Source of the DNA: Octopus bimaculoides
Lineage: Eukaryota
Direction: 5' to 3'
Length of the DNA: 64,000 nt
NCBI RefSeq assembly: GCF_001194135.2
Contig: NC_069005.1
Location: forward strand, 19,099,260-19,163,259
Shown here: positions 11,288 to 24,526 of the stretch, piece after piece
Layout of the letters: every line of letters begins with the position of its first letter
How positions within the stretch are numbered: position 1 is the stretch's first letter
Made by a program: the position numbers and the translations under genes
The notes under the pieces: model-generated
What the model saw: the letters and a program-made list of their open reading frames with translations, nothing else
What the model was told of the DNA's origin: nothing
The model's database searches: none

Positions 11288-11559
11288 TATGCAAGTCATT
11301 GTTTTGATTCTTGCTGTTCATTGTGCACAGGACACTTTATTAATATAACTATTTGTTGATGTTTAGCCCCAGGTAGATATTCATAGAGTAGATATGTGAT
11401 AGGCATTTCACATGTAACACCTTATTCATCATTTTAAAGTTTAAGTTGGATTTCATTGTATAATGACCTATCCTTATTTAAGACTAGAAAGTGATTTGGC
11501 TACTGTTTCTAGCAGGTCTAGTGACCCATAATGCAGGGTGCAGTAACTTGGCAAGTTTT

Positions 11560-11698
11560 TTTTCAATTTCCATTTACCAAATCCACTCACAAGGCTTTGG
11601 CCTAGACTTATAGTAGATGATTTACCAAGTTGCAACTGAACCTGAAACCATGTGGTTGGGAAGCAAACTTCTTAATCACACAACCATACCTGCACCCA
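11560..11698 (-). mobile_element. SINE 5' part (gcaggtgtggctgtgtggtaagaag family)
   Basis: Reverse complement of the family head and core. Confidence 0.75.
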
Positions 11699-11820
11699 TA
11701 GAAACATATAATTCTAAGATTGATTTATGTGGTCTAGGTAGGGATTCTTTTTTTTTTTTTGTAAAGGCTTCATGGATTATACACAATGCATGTGTATGCA
11801 TGTATATATATATATATATA

Positions 11821-11863
<43 letters not shown>

Positions 11864-12337
11864 NNNNNNNNNNNNNNNNNNNNNNNNNNNNNNNNNNNNN
11901 NNNNNNNNNNNNNNNNNNNNNNNNNNNNNNNNNNNNNNNNNNNNNNNNNNNNNNNNNNNNNNNNNNNNNNNNNNNNNNNNNNNNNNNNNNNNNNNNNNNN
12001 NNNNNNNNNNNNNNNNNNNNNNNNNNNNNNNNNNNNNNNNNNNNNNNNNNNNNNNNNNNNNNNNNNNNNNNNNNNNNNNNNNNNNNNNNNNNNNNNNNNN
12101 NNNNNNNNNNNNNNNNNNNNNNNNNNNNNNNNNNNNNNNNNNNNNNNNNNNNNNNNNNNNNNNNNNNNNNNNNNNNNNNNNNNNNNNNNNNNNNNNNNNN
12201 NNNNNNNNNNNNNNNNNNNNNNNNNNNNNNNNNNNNNNNNNNNNNNNNNNNNNNNNNNNNNNNNNNNNNNNNNNNNNNNNNNNNNNNNNNNNNNNNNNNN
12301 NNNNNNNNNNNNNNNNNNNNNNNNNNNNNNNNNNNNN
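11864..12337. other. Assembly gap within (TA)n
   Basis: N run flanked by TA repeats. Confidence 1.
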
Positions 12338-12373
<36 letters not shown>

Positions 12374-12523
12374 ATATATTTATATATATATATAATATGT
12401 ATCTATGCATGCATATGTATTTGTGTGTGTGTGTGTGTCTAAGTTTGTACCCATGTTTGCATATGTATATCTCTATATCTATGTCTGTACCACTGGGTTT
12501 GTGTGCATCTATGTATATACATA

Positions 12524-13384
12524 CATGGTGTTTGGGATAAATTTGATGATTTTATATTTTTTCAAGAACATCTTGATGTATTGGTTAACAGTCAACAGCA
12601 CTGTAGAGTATTAAGATTAAAGTTGTAATTAAGAAAAAGCTGACATGGAGGGCTGGATGCCATCTGAATATTGTAAAAGAGATACCTGTATCATAATCCA
12701 TGCTGAGTATCAAAATACCAATATCACGACTGCTATTTGATGTTAGGTGAACACTGTAAAGACTGTAAGATGTGACATGGACAGCTGCGATAGAGACTAC
12801 AAAGCCGTGGCCAATAGGAAGGGACACAGCAGGCATTCTGACTGTATTTGCATGTCAGAATTCATCCAGTAACTGATGAACAGGACCACAGGTTCGATTC
12901 AGACAGTTATGTGGAGACTGCTTCAATCCCTGGCTGGAAGGTCATATGTGTGACAGCAGAATTCAGCTCAATGCCATACCTCTGGAAAGAGTCAGAAGTG
13001 GTTATCAGAGAATTTCTACAACTTCACTTGTCCCAATTTCTGACCTCCTAGTTGCCCCAGTTGTAATCCCATGGATTACTATGTGTGGGGCGCATTTCAA
13101 AAAGAGACCAAGAGCTCTGCCTGCAATACTGAGCTCAAGCTGGTGGCCAAGATCAGGTAGATATTTGAAGATATTCTCAGTGAGGAACATATGCACTAGA
13201 TTCCAAGAGCCATCTTGAGTGGTGGAAGCTGAAGGTGGCTACTTAGAGTTAAGCTGTTATCTCCCAGCCATAATCTAGTTGATATTTTTGATTTTTTAAA
13301 AATATTTTAATTTTTTACTAAGATATTGTATTTTTTTTTTTTTTTCCTTTTATGTAAACTGTCAAATTTAGCCTGAACACCCTA
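12524..13384 (+). mobile_element. Deleted, degenerate maT/DD37D-type Tc1-mariner transposon
   Basis: V*QQNSAQCHTSGKSQKWLSENF..PNF*PPSCPSCNPMDYYVWGAF matches the WQQDSAP.H..WPP.SPD.NP.DY.VW pattern. Degenerate 30-bp TIRs match at about 22/30. Confidence 0.85.
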
Positions 13385-13389
13385 TTTAG

Positions 13390-13620
13390 GTGTATGGCTT
13401 AGTGGTTAGGGTGTTGCAATCACAATTTCAAGATTATAGTCTCAATTCCCAGACTAGGTGTTGCATTGTGTTCTTCAGAATAACATTTCATTTCTTGTTG
13501 CTCTGCAAACATTTTGTCATCTGTCATGTGGCACATCGTGCACCTGTACAGGTGATGTCAATTTGATGGAGGGAGTGGGATTATGTGAACATTCTGATCA
13601 CTATCAACAAACCATCTCTT
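13390..13620 (+). mobile_element. tRNA-headed SINE
   Basis: tggcttagtggttaggg A box plus core; related to 24868-25210 and 57635-57850. Confidence 0.65.
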
Positions 13621-13679
13621 TGGTTGTTCAGCAAGAAATTTCAGAGCTCTCATACATCACCTAATGATAGAAGAGACCA

Positions 13680-13719
<40 letters not shown>

Positions 13720-15419
13720 AAATTTACAATGAACACACGTTTATATTATAGTTCCTATGTATGTTCCACCTTTGTAGTTCCTTGGAACATCCAGTGCAAG
13801 GTTCCAAGCAACCTCAGTGCTGAAACGTACATAGAAACTATTATATAAACTTGTGTTTATTATAATTTCTCCTACATTTGTTCTGTATATCATAACTAGT
13901 AATACAACAAAGTGTAGTAGCTGCTTGGACGACAATCTACATGGAGCTCTAAACTTAGCAGCAGTTATACATCTATTTGTACACACAAGATACATTATAT
14001 ATGTGTGTGTGTGTGTGTGTGTGCATATATGTGTGTATGTATGTATATTAAGTATATGTGCATACATATATATATGCACACACACACACTCATATACACA
14101 TGTATGTATATATATATATGTTTTTATCTTGTTCTTGTGCTTCATTGCATATCTCATCCTGTGTGTATTCAAATGTTACAAATAACGAGAATATCCTGTT
14201 TGTTTATGACCAAAATGCTTACACTTAACAGAAGCCAAGATGTACCAATCGCTCTTTTATAATTTGAGATCAAAACAAGATCAGAGTATATATAGAATAA
14301 GATCAAAAGACGTCTGGAATAAGATCAAAACAACACCAAAAAAGTTGTTTGTTTGGAATAGTTTCTTGAGGCTCTTGTACTTGCCAAAGAAATTGAAAAT
14401 ATTAAACGTAAACCTTTTTGTTTGTTTCAGTCATTGGACTGCGGCAATGCTGGAGCACCACCTTGAAGGGTTTTAGTCAAATAAATTAACCCCAGCACTT
14501 ACTTTTAAAGCCTATCAGTTTCTTTTCTTGAAACAATATGGAGACATAAACAAACCAACACTGGTAGTTAAGTAGTGGTGGTGGGGGACAAAGAAACACA
14601 AAGACCTGCACTCACACACACACACACACACACACAGGACTCTCTCTGTACTTTCCTCCTTCTCTCGCTTTCCTTTCGGTATCTCTCCCCTCTCTCACCT
14701 TTTCCTCTTTGTTTTCTTACCTCCTCCTTTTTACTCTCCTTCCCTCTCATTACACATACATACACGTCCTCACACTCACCAATGTTGGTATTTTAGCGAC
14801 ATACTAAACTTTATGAACATACTGTTGAAATTACAACTGTACCGCTCCCCACCGCTCTCTCTCTTTCTCAAGCAACTGCACGAGTTGCTGTTATACAACG
14901 GCAGATAACTCATTATGTACTTAGGCATATTCTTTGTATTTTCAAGGTAGATAACTCTGACTGTCTTTAATGTTCAGTGATTTCTCCCGGTTTTGCACTC
15001 TCATAAGGTCATAATGTAAACTTTACGTCTGCTTACCTCGTGTGTCTTGCTGTCATTGCAAACGCGATCGGTAGAAACAGCAGCCTAAAGTGTCCTCAAA
15101 TTACTCCCGTATTGTTTTTGCTTTTTTCCGAAATATAATTTTAGATACAAGATAATTCAGCCTGGAGGTATAACACAGGTGTCATCCCCTGCGACTTCGT
15201 TTCCTCATCACTTTCTGAAAAATGGATAGTTTTTAATGAAATTTTCTACAAATGCATTTCAGAAGGTGTAGATTAAGATTATACTATTATATCGGAATTT
15301 GTTGTGAATTTTTTCCTGCAGAGGGAATGAAAGAAATGTCAAATGCATTTTGATTGCATCATTTAATATGCCTCACCATTTCCTTGTGTTAATAAAAAGG
15401 CGAGTATAATTATTTTCAA

Positions 15420-16210
15420 AAGTATTCATCATCATTATCATCATTGTTTAGCGTCTTCTTTCCATGCTGGCATGGGTTGGATGGTTTGGATGGGAGCTGT
15501 CCAAACTGCAACTGCCTGTTGCAGCATGGTTTCTACGGCTGGATGCTCTTCCTAACCCCAACCACTTAACAGAACATGCTGGGTGCTTTTTATGTGCCAC
15601 TGGCATGAGTGCATTTACGTAGCAGCGGCACTTGTGCATTAATGCAGCACTGGCACTTTTTTTAGTAGTACCAGCCCCTGAAGAACAAACCTGTATATGT
15701 GGAAGACTGTGATTTTACTTATTAACATCAGAAATGACTACATTAAATATGTGGTTAGGAAAATTATTAGGGATTTGCTAGCATCATTCTATGACCAAGC
15801 AAGCAAAGGAGATCTCTTAGAAAATCTTTTTTTTTATAGCTTTCATCAGTTGAAATATGGTCAACAGCATAGCTTGTTAGGCATGTAGTAACTAGTTCAG
15901 AAATAGAAATGTTACAGGTGCAGGTGTGGACTGCCACATAAAAAGCATCCAGTCCACACTGTAAAGTGGTTGGTGTTTGGAAGGACATCCAGCTGTAAAA
16001 ATCTTGCCAAAACTAACCTCGCCTGTGTTTGTGCCATGTCAAAAGATCTCAGTCGACTCTGCTGGGTGGTTGGTGTTAGGAAGGGCATCCAATCGTAAAA
16101 ACCCTGCCAAAGTCTGGTGCAGGCTCCTGCTTGGCCAGCTGCTGTCAAACCGCCCCACCTGTGCCAGCATGGAAGGTGGGTGTTTAATGACAATGAGGAT
16201 GATGACGGTC
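15420..16210. mobile_element. RTE-type 3' tail fragments (minus 15420-15660, plus 15915-16210)
   Basis: Motifs ggaagggcatccagctgtaaaa / catgccagcatggaa / (GAT)n. This is the same tail found on the 4310-5510 RTE. Confidence 0.75.
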
Positions 16211-16495
16211 CCACTGTGCAACACTTTGGGCAAGTGTCTTCTACAATAGCTTCTGGTCAACCAAAGCCTTGTGAGTAGATTTGGTAGATGGAAACTGAAA
16301 GAAGCCCATCATATATGTAAGTGTGTCTTTGTCTCCCACCACCATTTGAAACCGATAAGGGCTTGTTTGCATCCCCATAGCTATGCAGTTCAGAAAAAGA
16401 AGGAAAATAAGTGTAAGATTTTGATTTGTTTGGCTAAACTCTTCAAGGCAATGCCCCAGCATAGCCACAGTCCAATGACTGAAACAAGTTGAAGA
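16210..16495 (+). mobile_element. SINE, 5'-truncated
   Basis: gggcaagtgtcttctac..gaaactgaaagaagccc..ccagcatagccacagtccaatgactgaaacaag. Confidence 0.8.
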
Positions 16496-18742
16496 TAGAA
16501 TAATATTGAATGGAACCATTAATTAAAATGGTAAGATGCAATTCTAGGGAGAAGACAAGGGATTTCCTTATTCACTCATATGTCTGAATTGTTTTATGTA
16601 TTTAGGATTATTTAATTGTCTTTAACTTGCTTTAGTCATAGAACCATTGTCATGCTAAAACACTTTGAGGCACTGTCTCAAAAGACTTTCGTTGGCCTGA
16701 GGCTATAGTAGAAGACACTCGCCCAAGGTGTCACACAGTAGGATTGGACCCAGAACCATGTGGTTGGGAAGCAAGCTTCTTTTCATTTATATTGTTTTTA
16801 AAATCTGGTACCTATTCTATTGGTTTCTTTCATTTACTCTCAGATTAAAAAGATTAAAAGATGTGATGGCGAGTTGTGAGGTGTATGCTTTTCTCTTTGT
16901 TATTTGACTTACTTGACGGGTGTCCAATTGCCAAAGCAAACCAACATCACACAGCCACTCACTGCCACCTCTTTTCTGACACTCACGTATATTTGAACAT
17001 ATACAATGATCTTTCAATTGTTGTTGCTGTATAGCTCTAGGTAGGTCAACTCTGATTGAGCACATTTACGGTTAAACGTATTCCAAACATGACCATCAAA
17101 TCCTTTATTCAGTGTACCTCTGACTACAATATCTTAGAGGCATTGTCTCTCTCTCTCTCTCTGTCCCCCTCCTTCTTCTTATCTCTTGCTCTTTCTCTGT
17201 GTCCTCCTCTCCTCCCCCTGTCTTTCTCTCTCTCCCCATTAGCTTCTCTGATTTTAAGACAATAAAAGGTTGGAGAGATTGAGGAATATATGGCTGTTGT
17301 TTCTAGCACTTTGAGTTCTATGCAATATTGGCTTATGAGCATTCAGATGAATTGTCTTCTAAAGTACCCTTCCCACTTCCATTCATCAAAAAACAACAAC
17401 AATAATATATATTTATAATAGTTATTTGTTTCTTTTAACAGTATATCAGTAGTAAAATGTGTCATTACACTTGAAGTAACAACAACAACACTGGGATAAT
17501 AGGTTTTGTACAATTAAATATTTTCTTACAGAGATATTCTCTCTGCTAATGACCTATTAACCCAGTTATTCACCTCCAGTCATGTTAGAGCCCCAACCCA
17601 CCTATTTTTTATTTTTATTTTTTCATGTTGTTACCCTACTCACCTTTGGTACTGTCTTGCTATCCCACAATCCTTTACCACTAGCATGCTAGAGAAAATA
17701 CTAAGTTATTATTGGTTTCAAATTTTGGCACAATGCTGGCATTTTCAGAGGAGTGGGTAAGTTGATTGCATTGACCTCAGTGCTCCAAAGGGATGTGGAA
17801 TTTGAACTCAGAATGTAAAGACTGGGGTCTATTTAATCAACTTACCCCTCTCCCAAAACTGCTGGCCTTGTGCCAAAATTTGAAACTATTGTTATTATTA
17901 TTAAAGTGGTGAGCTTGTACAATCATTAGTGCACAGTGACAGAGGTCAGAGAAATGTAGGTGTGGAAACAGTGAGAGGGAGAGAGAGAGAGAAAGAGAGT
18001 CAAAGAAAGGTGAGGTGTGGATTCATTGAAGCTAGATATGAGAGGGTGTTTAGGGAAAAGGGGCATTAGTGGAAAATAAGATAGTAAGGGATGATGTTCA
18101 GAATGCAGGATGTATAATATTTCAATGCTATTAAAACCTTAGCAGTTCTTTCTTAAGAATAGCCTGGCTATGGTTTCAATAGATTTTCAAAATAATCAAG
18201 AATCTGGAAAAGGTTTTTAGCAAAATAATGATTTTGTTTTCCTTTTTTTTTCTGTTTTCTTTCTTTTTTTGCTGGAATACATATTTCTTTCCACTACAGG
18301 CACAAGGCCAGAAATTTTGGGGTAAGGGGATAGTAAATAACATCAGCCCCAGTGCTTACCCAGTGGTATTTGTTTTATTGACCCTGAAAGGATTCTGTTA
18401 CCTATAATTAATCATCCAATAGGAACTTTTCCTCAAAATGTTAGGGTATGATACTCTCAACACTTGCCATAAGGCCTCCTCCCTCTCTACTACACTTTCA
18501 CTCAGTTACTTGGTGACCTCACCAGTGTTGTGAAGTGATTGGCATTTGGAAGAGCATCCAGTGTAGAAACCATGCCAAAGTAAAGACTGGTGCTCAACAC
18601 AGTTCTCTGGTTTGTCAGATCCATCCAACCTGTCCAGCATGAACAGCAAACATTAAATGGTAATGATAAAGAAGCCAGGCTATTCTTATAATGGAATTGC
18701 TAAAATTCTAATGTAAATAATATTTGACATTATAAATACCAG

Positions 18743-18774
18743 TTTGAGACTGGAAAATGGTTTGAGTCCACAAA
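18743..18774 (+). CDS. Candidate 32-nt exon (FETGKWFEST or LRLENGLSPQ)
   Basis: Acceptor taaataccag, strong donor AAA|gtaagt, two frames open. Confidence 0.3.
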
Positions 18775-19499
18775 GTAAGTTAGTTGCTGTATTCTGTCTG
18801 AAATCAATACTTATAATGTCTAATGTTTATTTACAACCTGTTTTTGTTCAAATACATTAAAAAAAATTGAAAAAAAAAATTTATGGTTGTAGTCTCTGCC
18901 AATAACTTTCACAAACCTCCAGATACCAGTGAAACTGATGTGGTTAATGATATTCCAGACAACTGCAAGAAAAACCTGGACAAAGGAAGAATAACAGTGG
19001 AAAGGAAAGATTGGGCACAGGGGTTAGGTAGTGTAGAGCCTGAGAGAGGGACACTGTATTGGTGACAAGGCAAGTGAGCTGGATGGAGTTAGGAAGAGGT
19101 GGCATGAGTCCAGCCAGGGCCATGGTGGTTGTAGGAAAGACACTGAAGAGACAGTACATCTGTAGGTTAGAGGTCAGTGTGAGTTAGTGGACAAATGCAT
19201 GCCAATCACTCAGGTGGTGCTGGTATCATTATCATCTTTATCATTTTATGTTCACTTTCTCTGCTGGCATGGATTGGATGGAATATCAACAAGTCACTTC
19301 TTATGAAGAGCTACTGCTCTCATAGACTGGTGTCCTTAGACACGATTTCAAATGTCATTAAACATGGTTTCTATGGCTGGATACCCATCCTATCACCAAC
19401 CATTTTACAGAGTCTATTGGGTGTATTCTGTCATGGAATCAACATTAGAGTACTTAGTAACCTAAGGCATGTAGACAAAAGAAGGGAACAGGAAAAGGA

Positions 19500-20560
19500 G
19501 CGATAACAGTAGAGAGGCCAGAAATGAGTTGTTGAGAGTAGAAGTGGTAATAGCTCTCTGAACATTTTCTCAACCCATTCTTACCCTGACTACTATACTT
19601 TTTGAACAACCACCTCCCCTGCTAATTACATCACCTGGGTAACAGAAGCCATCGATTAATTCTGGTGAACCAGCCAAGCTTTTAAGAGAATTTATTTCTG
19701 GTGTGGTCTTGGTATGTAGTGTGTCTGCCACATATGGAGTTTACCTATCTGTGATTCTTTTGTGTCCACAACTTACACTGGGGACAGCATATAAAGTTTA
19801 TGCCTACAACTTTTCAACATATCAAGCAAAGCTATTTCCTTGAAGATACCAAAGTTCTGTCTTTTTTAATTGTTAGCCACCTTAGATTTTGCTGCTTGCC
19901 TTCAAGTTTCTTGATTCTACCTTGAGCTTGCATACCTGGAAATTCTTCTCTAATTCCCTTATAAATTCAGCTGTGAGAACTAGTTCATCAGCATATAAGA
20001 GTTTCTATAGACATTCAACTTTAAGCTTCTCTTTGATGGTGTGTAGGAGGACTGTGATGAAAAGTAGATGGCTAAGGACTGAACCTTGATTGATCTTTCC
20101 CTTCATGCTAAATTCATCGCCGAACTAATTGCTGACTCTTGTTTTACTTACTGCACCTTGTACATAGTATGTACAGCACTCACATGCCACTTATCGACAC
20201 CTAGTTTTCTTAGTGACCACCAAATTATTAAACGTGGCACTGTGTCAAAGGCCTTCTCCAAGTAAACAAATGCCAAGTACAGTGGTTTAATCTTAGCCAA
20301 GTACTTCACCTGTAGTTGTCTCACTAGGAAGATAACATTTGTGATACTTCTGCTGGGTTCAAACCAAACTACATCTCATCTAGATAAACTCTGTTTTTGA
20401 TCATTTGTGCTATGACTCTTCCCTCTCTTTGACCTTCATAGCATGGTCCAATGATGCCTCTACAATTTCCTCAGCAGCAGCACTGACCCAGATGTTGGGG
20501 TCATATTCCATTGTGAGTCTTCTTTGAGCTGAATGAATTAGTAACCATTTTCCTAAGTGT
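19500..20560 (-). mobile_element. RTE-clade LINE reverse-transcriptase fragment
   Basis: Minus strand FLVRQLQVKYLAKIKPLYLAFVYLEKAFD ... GSVLSHLLFI..LLYADELVL. Confidence 0.85.
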
Positions 20561-21549
20561 TCATGCCACTGGAGAAACTATTCCATTTTAGTTTAGCTAG
20601 ACTGTGCAAGAATTCTATGATTTACCAATTATTCTTGATTTTAGCTCCTTACTATTATATTTGCTATATTATTGTTTTGGGGTGTGGGCATGGCTGTGTG
20701 GATAAGAAATCCTCTTCACAACTGCATGGTTTCAGGTTTGATCCCACTGGAGGATACTTTGAGTGAGTGCTTTCTGCCATAGCCTTGGTTTGACCAGATC
20801 TTTGTGAGTGAAACTTCACTGACAGTTCTCGGGCAGTAAACTTACTGTTGTTAAGTCTGTTCCTTCTATACTTAAGAGGACAATGTATGATTTGAGGAAA
20901 ATTTAGCTGTTACTTTCAGTAGGTCCAGCATCTATGTAGAGGCTTCCTCACCAACTTGCCTGTATTTACTGTTGTTACTCCATGTAGTGGTTCCATTTAA
21001 ATTCACCACCACTTCATTAATATTCTATTGTTAAACTACAATATTCACAGTTATGCAGATAAAATGATCTGATTTTTAAATCTTTTAGTTAATTTCTCCA
21101 AATATTCTGACCCCTTGATGAAAAAACATAACCTCACCCTTATATTGTTTGCAAATTGTAGGAATGTATTAACTACAGATAACTTCATTTAACTAATTAG
21201 AAAATGTGACCACATGTCTGAACGCTTATTAATTATGCATGCTGTTTTGGAAAGGCCTTGCTGTGAGGCAGGTATAAATATAGAAACAGTGAAAAATTTG
21301 GTGGCAATGTGATAAAGCAACTTGTGTGTGTGTGTATACTGTGGATGTTTATTCTACTTGAATTTATTGGTATCTGATTGTTGGATATAGTTCATCAAAT
21401 TCATTTAACACTGAGTGCTTTAAAGATTTCTGCCTGAATTTATTAATCCCTTTTACTTCTTATATATAATTCTTTTATTCTTTTACTTGTTTCAGTCAAT
21501 TGACTGCAGCCATGCTGGAGCACCCTTTCATTATCAAAACTTTAAATAA

Positions 21550-21790
21550 GGTGGCAAGATGACAGAATCATTGGTACATTAGAGAAAATGCTTAGCAGTG
21601 TTCCATCTGGCTCTACATTTTGAGTTCAACTTTTTGGTGTTGATGAAATAAGTACCAAGGTCAACTTTGCCTTTCATCCTTTCAGGGTCAATGAAATAAG
21701 TACCAGTTGAACTCTGAGGTTGACATAATCAATTTAATCCTGCCCTCGAAATTGCTGGCCTAGGGCCAAAATTGGAAACCAATATGTGTA
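21550..21790 (+). mobile_element. tRNA-headed SINE
   Basis: Same family as 9885-10100. Confidence 0.7.
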
Positions 21791-22469
21791 TGAATATTGA
21801 TATGTAAGTTACATGTTATATACCTATGTTTGTATCTTTTATTGTCTGTGTATACATATTTCTGCTGTATTTTGTTTTTCGTACAACTCTAATTCACCTG
21901 ACTCATGACCTACTGGGTGAAGCTGGTTGTATAATTAAAACTTGCTTAGAAGGGAGATTTTCAAATCGGCATGGTACATATTCATTGATAGGGAATTTAG
22001 AATATTCAGTTTCAATAGTTTAGTATAATCATCGCAAGTGGCTGGCTTTCTGTTTTATCTCCTTCCTTCTACCATCCAAGTGATCAACACTTGAGCAATC
22101 AAGCAAACAACAAATATAATGAAAACTGCGGCACCTAAGTTTTTGATGGCCATGTTTGTGGCGTATGACCAGGAGATCTTTTTTGGTAACTACCCAAGCT
22201 AGACAGTAAAACCTCTGCGAATATGCAGTAAGGCCTAAGAAGCTACTAGGAACTTCTGTGTCATTTGACCTGCTAGAAATAGTGGGCAAGTCTCCCTCAA
22301 ATCACACCCAACCATTTTGGATACTTAGGCTTAGGCATGAATGTGTTGTTAAGGAAGATTGTTATCCAAGCCAATGGTTTCAGATTCAGTCGTACAGCAT
22401 GGTGCCTTGGGCAAGTGTCTTTTACTATAGCCCCAGGCTGACTGAAACCTTGTGGAGGGCATAGCTCAT

Positions 22470-23200
22470 TATCATTTAGTATCTGTTTTCCATGCTGGTA
22501 TGGGCTAGACAGTGTAACTGAAACTGGTAAGCTGTAGGGCTATACCATGTTCCAGTCTGATTTGGTATGGTTTCTATGGCTGGATGCCCTTCCTAATGCC
22601 AACCACTCCAAGAGTGTAATGAGTGCTTTTTATGTGCTACTGGCACAGGTACCAGTTACATGACACCAGACACGACTATAATTTCACTTGGCTTGATGGG
22701 TCTTCTGAAGCACAGCATATCACCAAACGTCTCGGTCATTTGTCATTAGACAGAAAAACAAAAACCACTGCTTGATCCAGGACTCTCTGATATATACCAA
22801 ATGTGTGCGTGTGTGTGTGTGTGTATCATCATCATCATCACCATTTAACATCCATGTCCAGTGCTATTTTCTGATGTGGCTCCACATTTACTTTGTATGA
22901 TATTCTTGATAGACCTTATCCACTGATCAATTTTGAATATTGGGAATATCATCTCTGAAAAAATATAATAGCTTTTTGAAAATTATTCTTTGCATTCTTT
23001 TCTCAGTTGCTTTTTTCACACACACACAATCATCATCATCATCCAATATCTGTCTTCCATGCTGGCATGGTTGGGATGGACAGTTTAACCAGAGCTGGTA
23101 AACCAGAGGACTGTACCAAACTCCACTGTCTGTTTTGGCATGGTTTTTACAGCTGAATTCCCTTCCTAACACCAACCACTTTACAGAGTGGACTGGATGC
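22470..23200 (-). mobile_element. Two RTE-type 3' tail fragments (22470-22750, 23030-23200)
   Basis: ggatgcccttcctaatgccaaccactc motif with (ATC)n. Confidence 0.7.
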
Positions 23201-23229
23201 TCTACACACACACACACTTTTTCTTAAGC

Positions 23230-23660
23230 CCTTCACTCATTATGAAGCAAAGGCCATCAACAACTATTTTCCCCACTGCTCTTGACACTGAGCTGTCTTT
23301 TCTGTTTCTCTCCAGTTGGATCTTTACTTTTTCAACTCTGCCTCACTATCTTGCCTTTAGCTGTTTTTAGGATGTCCTCTTTTCTGCTTCCCTTGTGTGT
23401 TCAAGGTCTCCTTAGGAAGGGCCTTCTTCTCCTGGGTCTTGTTGGTTTTGAATTGTCATCGATGCCTCTGTAACACTTGGTTTCTTTCTAGGTAGGGATG
23501 ATGGCTCTATGCAAACCTATTTTTACCTCTGGGAAGATGGGGTCCATATAAGTTTGGCCTTTGACCTGTCCAGCATGGTAAGCCCTATCAGAAGCTTGTG
23601 CTCTGCTGACATAGCTTTCAGTATCATTGAGGCATATAAGCCACCACACCACAAGGACTA
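23230..23660 (-). mobile_element. RTE LINE extreme C-terminus fragment
   Basis: Minus translation QGKQKRGHPKNS*RQDSEAELKK..WRETEKTAQ..W..VVDGLC fits GKRKRGRPK.TW. Confidence 0.6.
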
Positions 23661-23745
23661 GACTTTGATATTTTATTTTTCTCTCTCTCTCTCAAAAAGA
23701 GAATTTGAAGATTTCATGGTAAATTGCCAACTTTTTCTTCATTGT

Positions 23746-24086
23746 GCAGGTGTGGCTGTGTGGTAAGAAGCTTGCTTCCCAACCACATGGTTCCAAATTC
23801 AGCCCCATTGTGTGACACCTTGGGCAAGTTTCTTCTCCTATAGCCTCAGTGAATGGATTTGGTTGGAAACTGAAAGAAGCCCGTAATATAAGTGTGTGTC
23901 TTTGTGTCTATATTTGTTCTTAACCACCACTTGACAACTGGTGCTGGTGTGTTTATGTCCCCATAACTTAGCAGTTTGGCAAAAAAAGACTGATACAATA
24001 TAAGTACCAGGGTTAAAAAAATAAATTAAGTAATGAGGTCAATTCATTCAACTAAAAATTCTTCAAGGCGGTGAAACAAGTAAAAG
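23746..24086 (+). mobile_element. Near full-length SINE
   Basis: Head gcaggtgtggctgtgtggtaagaagc through tail gaaacaagtaaaag. Confidence 0.85.
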
Positions 24087-24166
24087 ATTGAAAATTTTGC
24101 TGGGCAGAAGTCCTTGGCAGGCCGTTTTTCTACTAACAAAAAATCCATCCTTGTGTTTAACAGAAT

Positions 24167-24430
24167 TCTTACTGTTTCGGACAATGTGCATGTTTATGTT
24201 GTTGCAGCCGGGTTTTAGGTTTTAATGATAGCAGTCATATAATGTACTTTTTCATGTGTTTCACATTATGCAAAACATATAACTTAGTGTGCAAAATGAG
24301 TTGTGTGTGTACACACACACACAGATAGATAGATAGATAGATAGACAGACAGATAGATAGATAGACAGACAGATAGATAGATAGAGGAGACATTCGTTTT
24401 TTTATGGTGAAAAATGATAGAACAGTAAGA
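24167..24430. mobile_element. Unclassified MITE-like repeat containing (AGAT)n
   Basis: TCTTACTGTT ... AACAGTAAGA inverted ends. A homologous copy lies at about 28129-28321. Confidence 0.55.
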
Positions 24431-24526
24431 CGAATTTTGCTTCTGTTATTATTATTTTAAAACTTTTTATGTCCAGAAAAGATTGTTGAGTATCCAGTGT
24501 GAAAGTAAACATTATAAAGTATCTCC

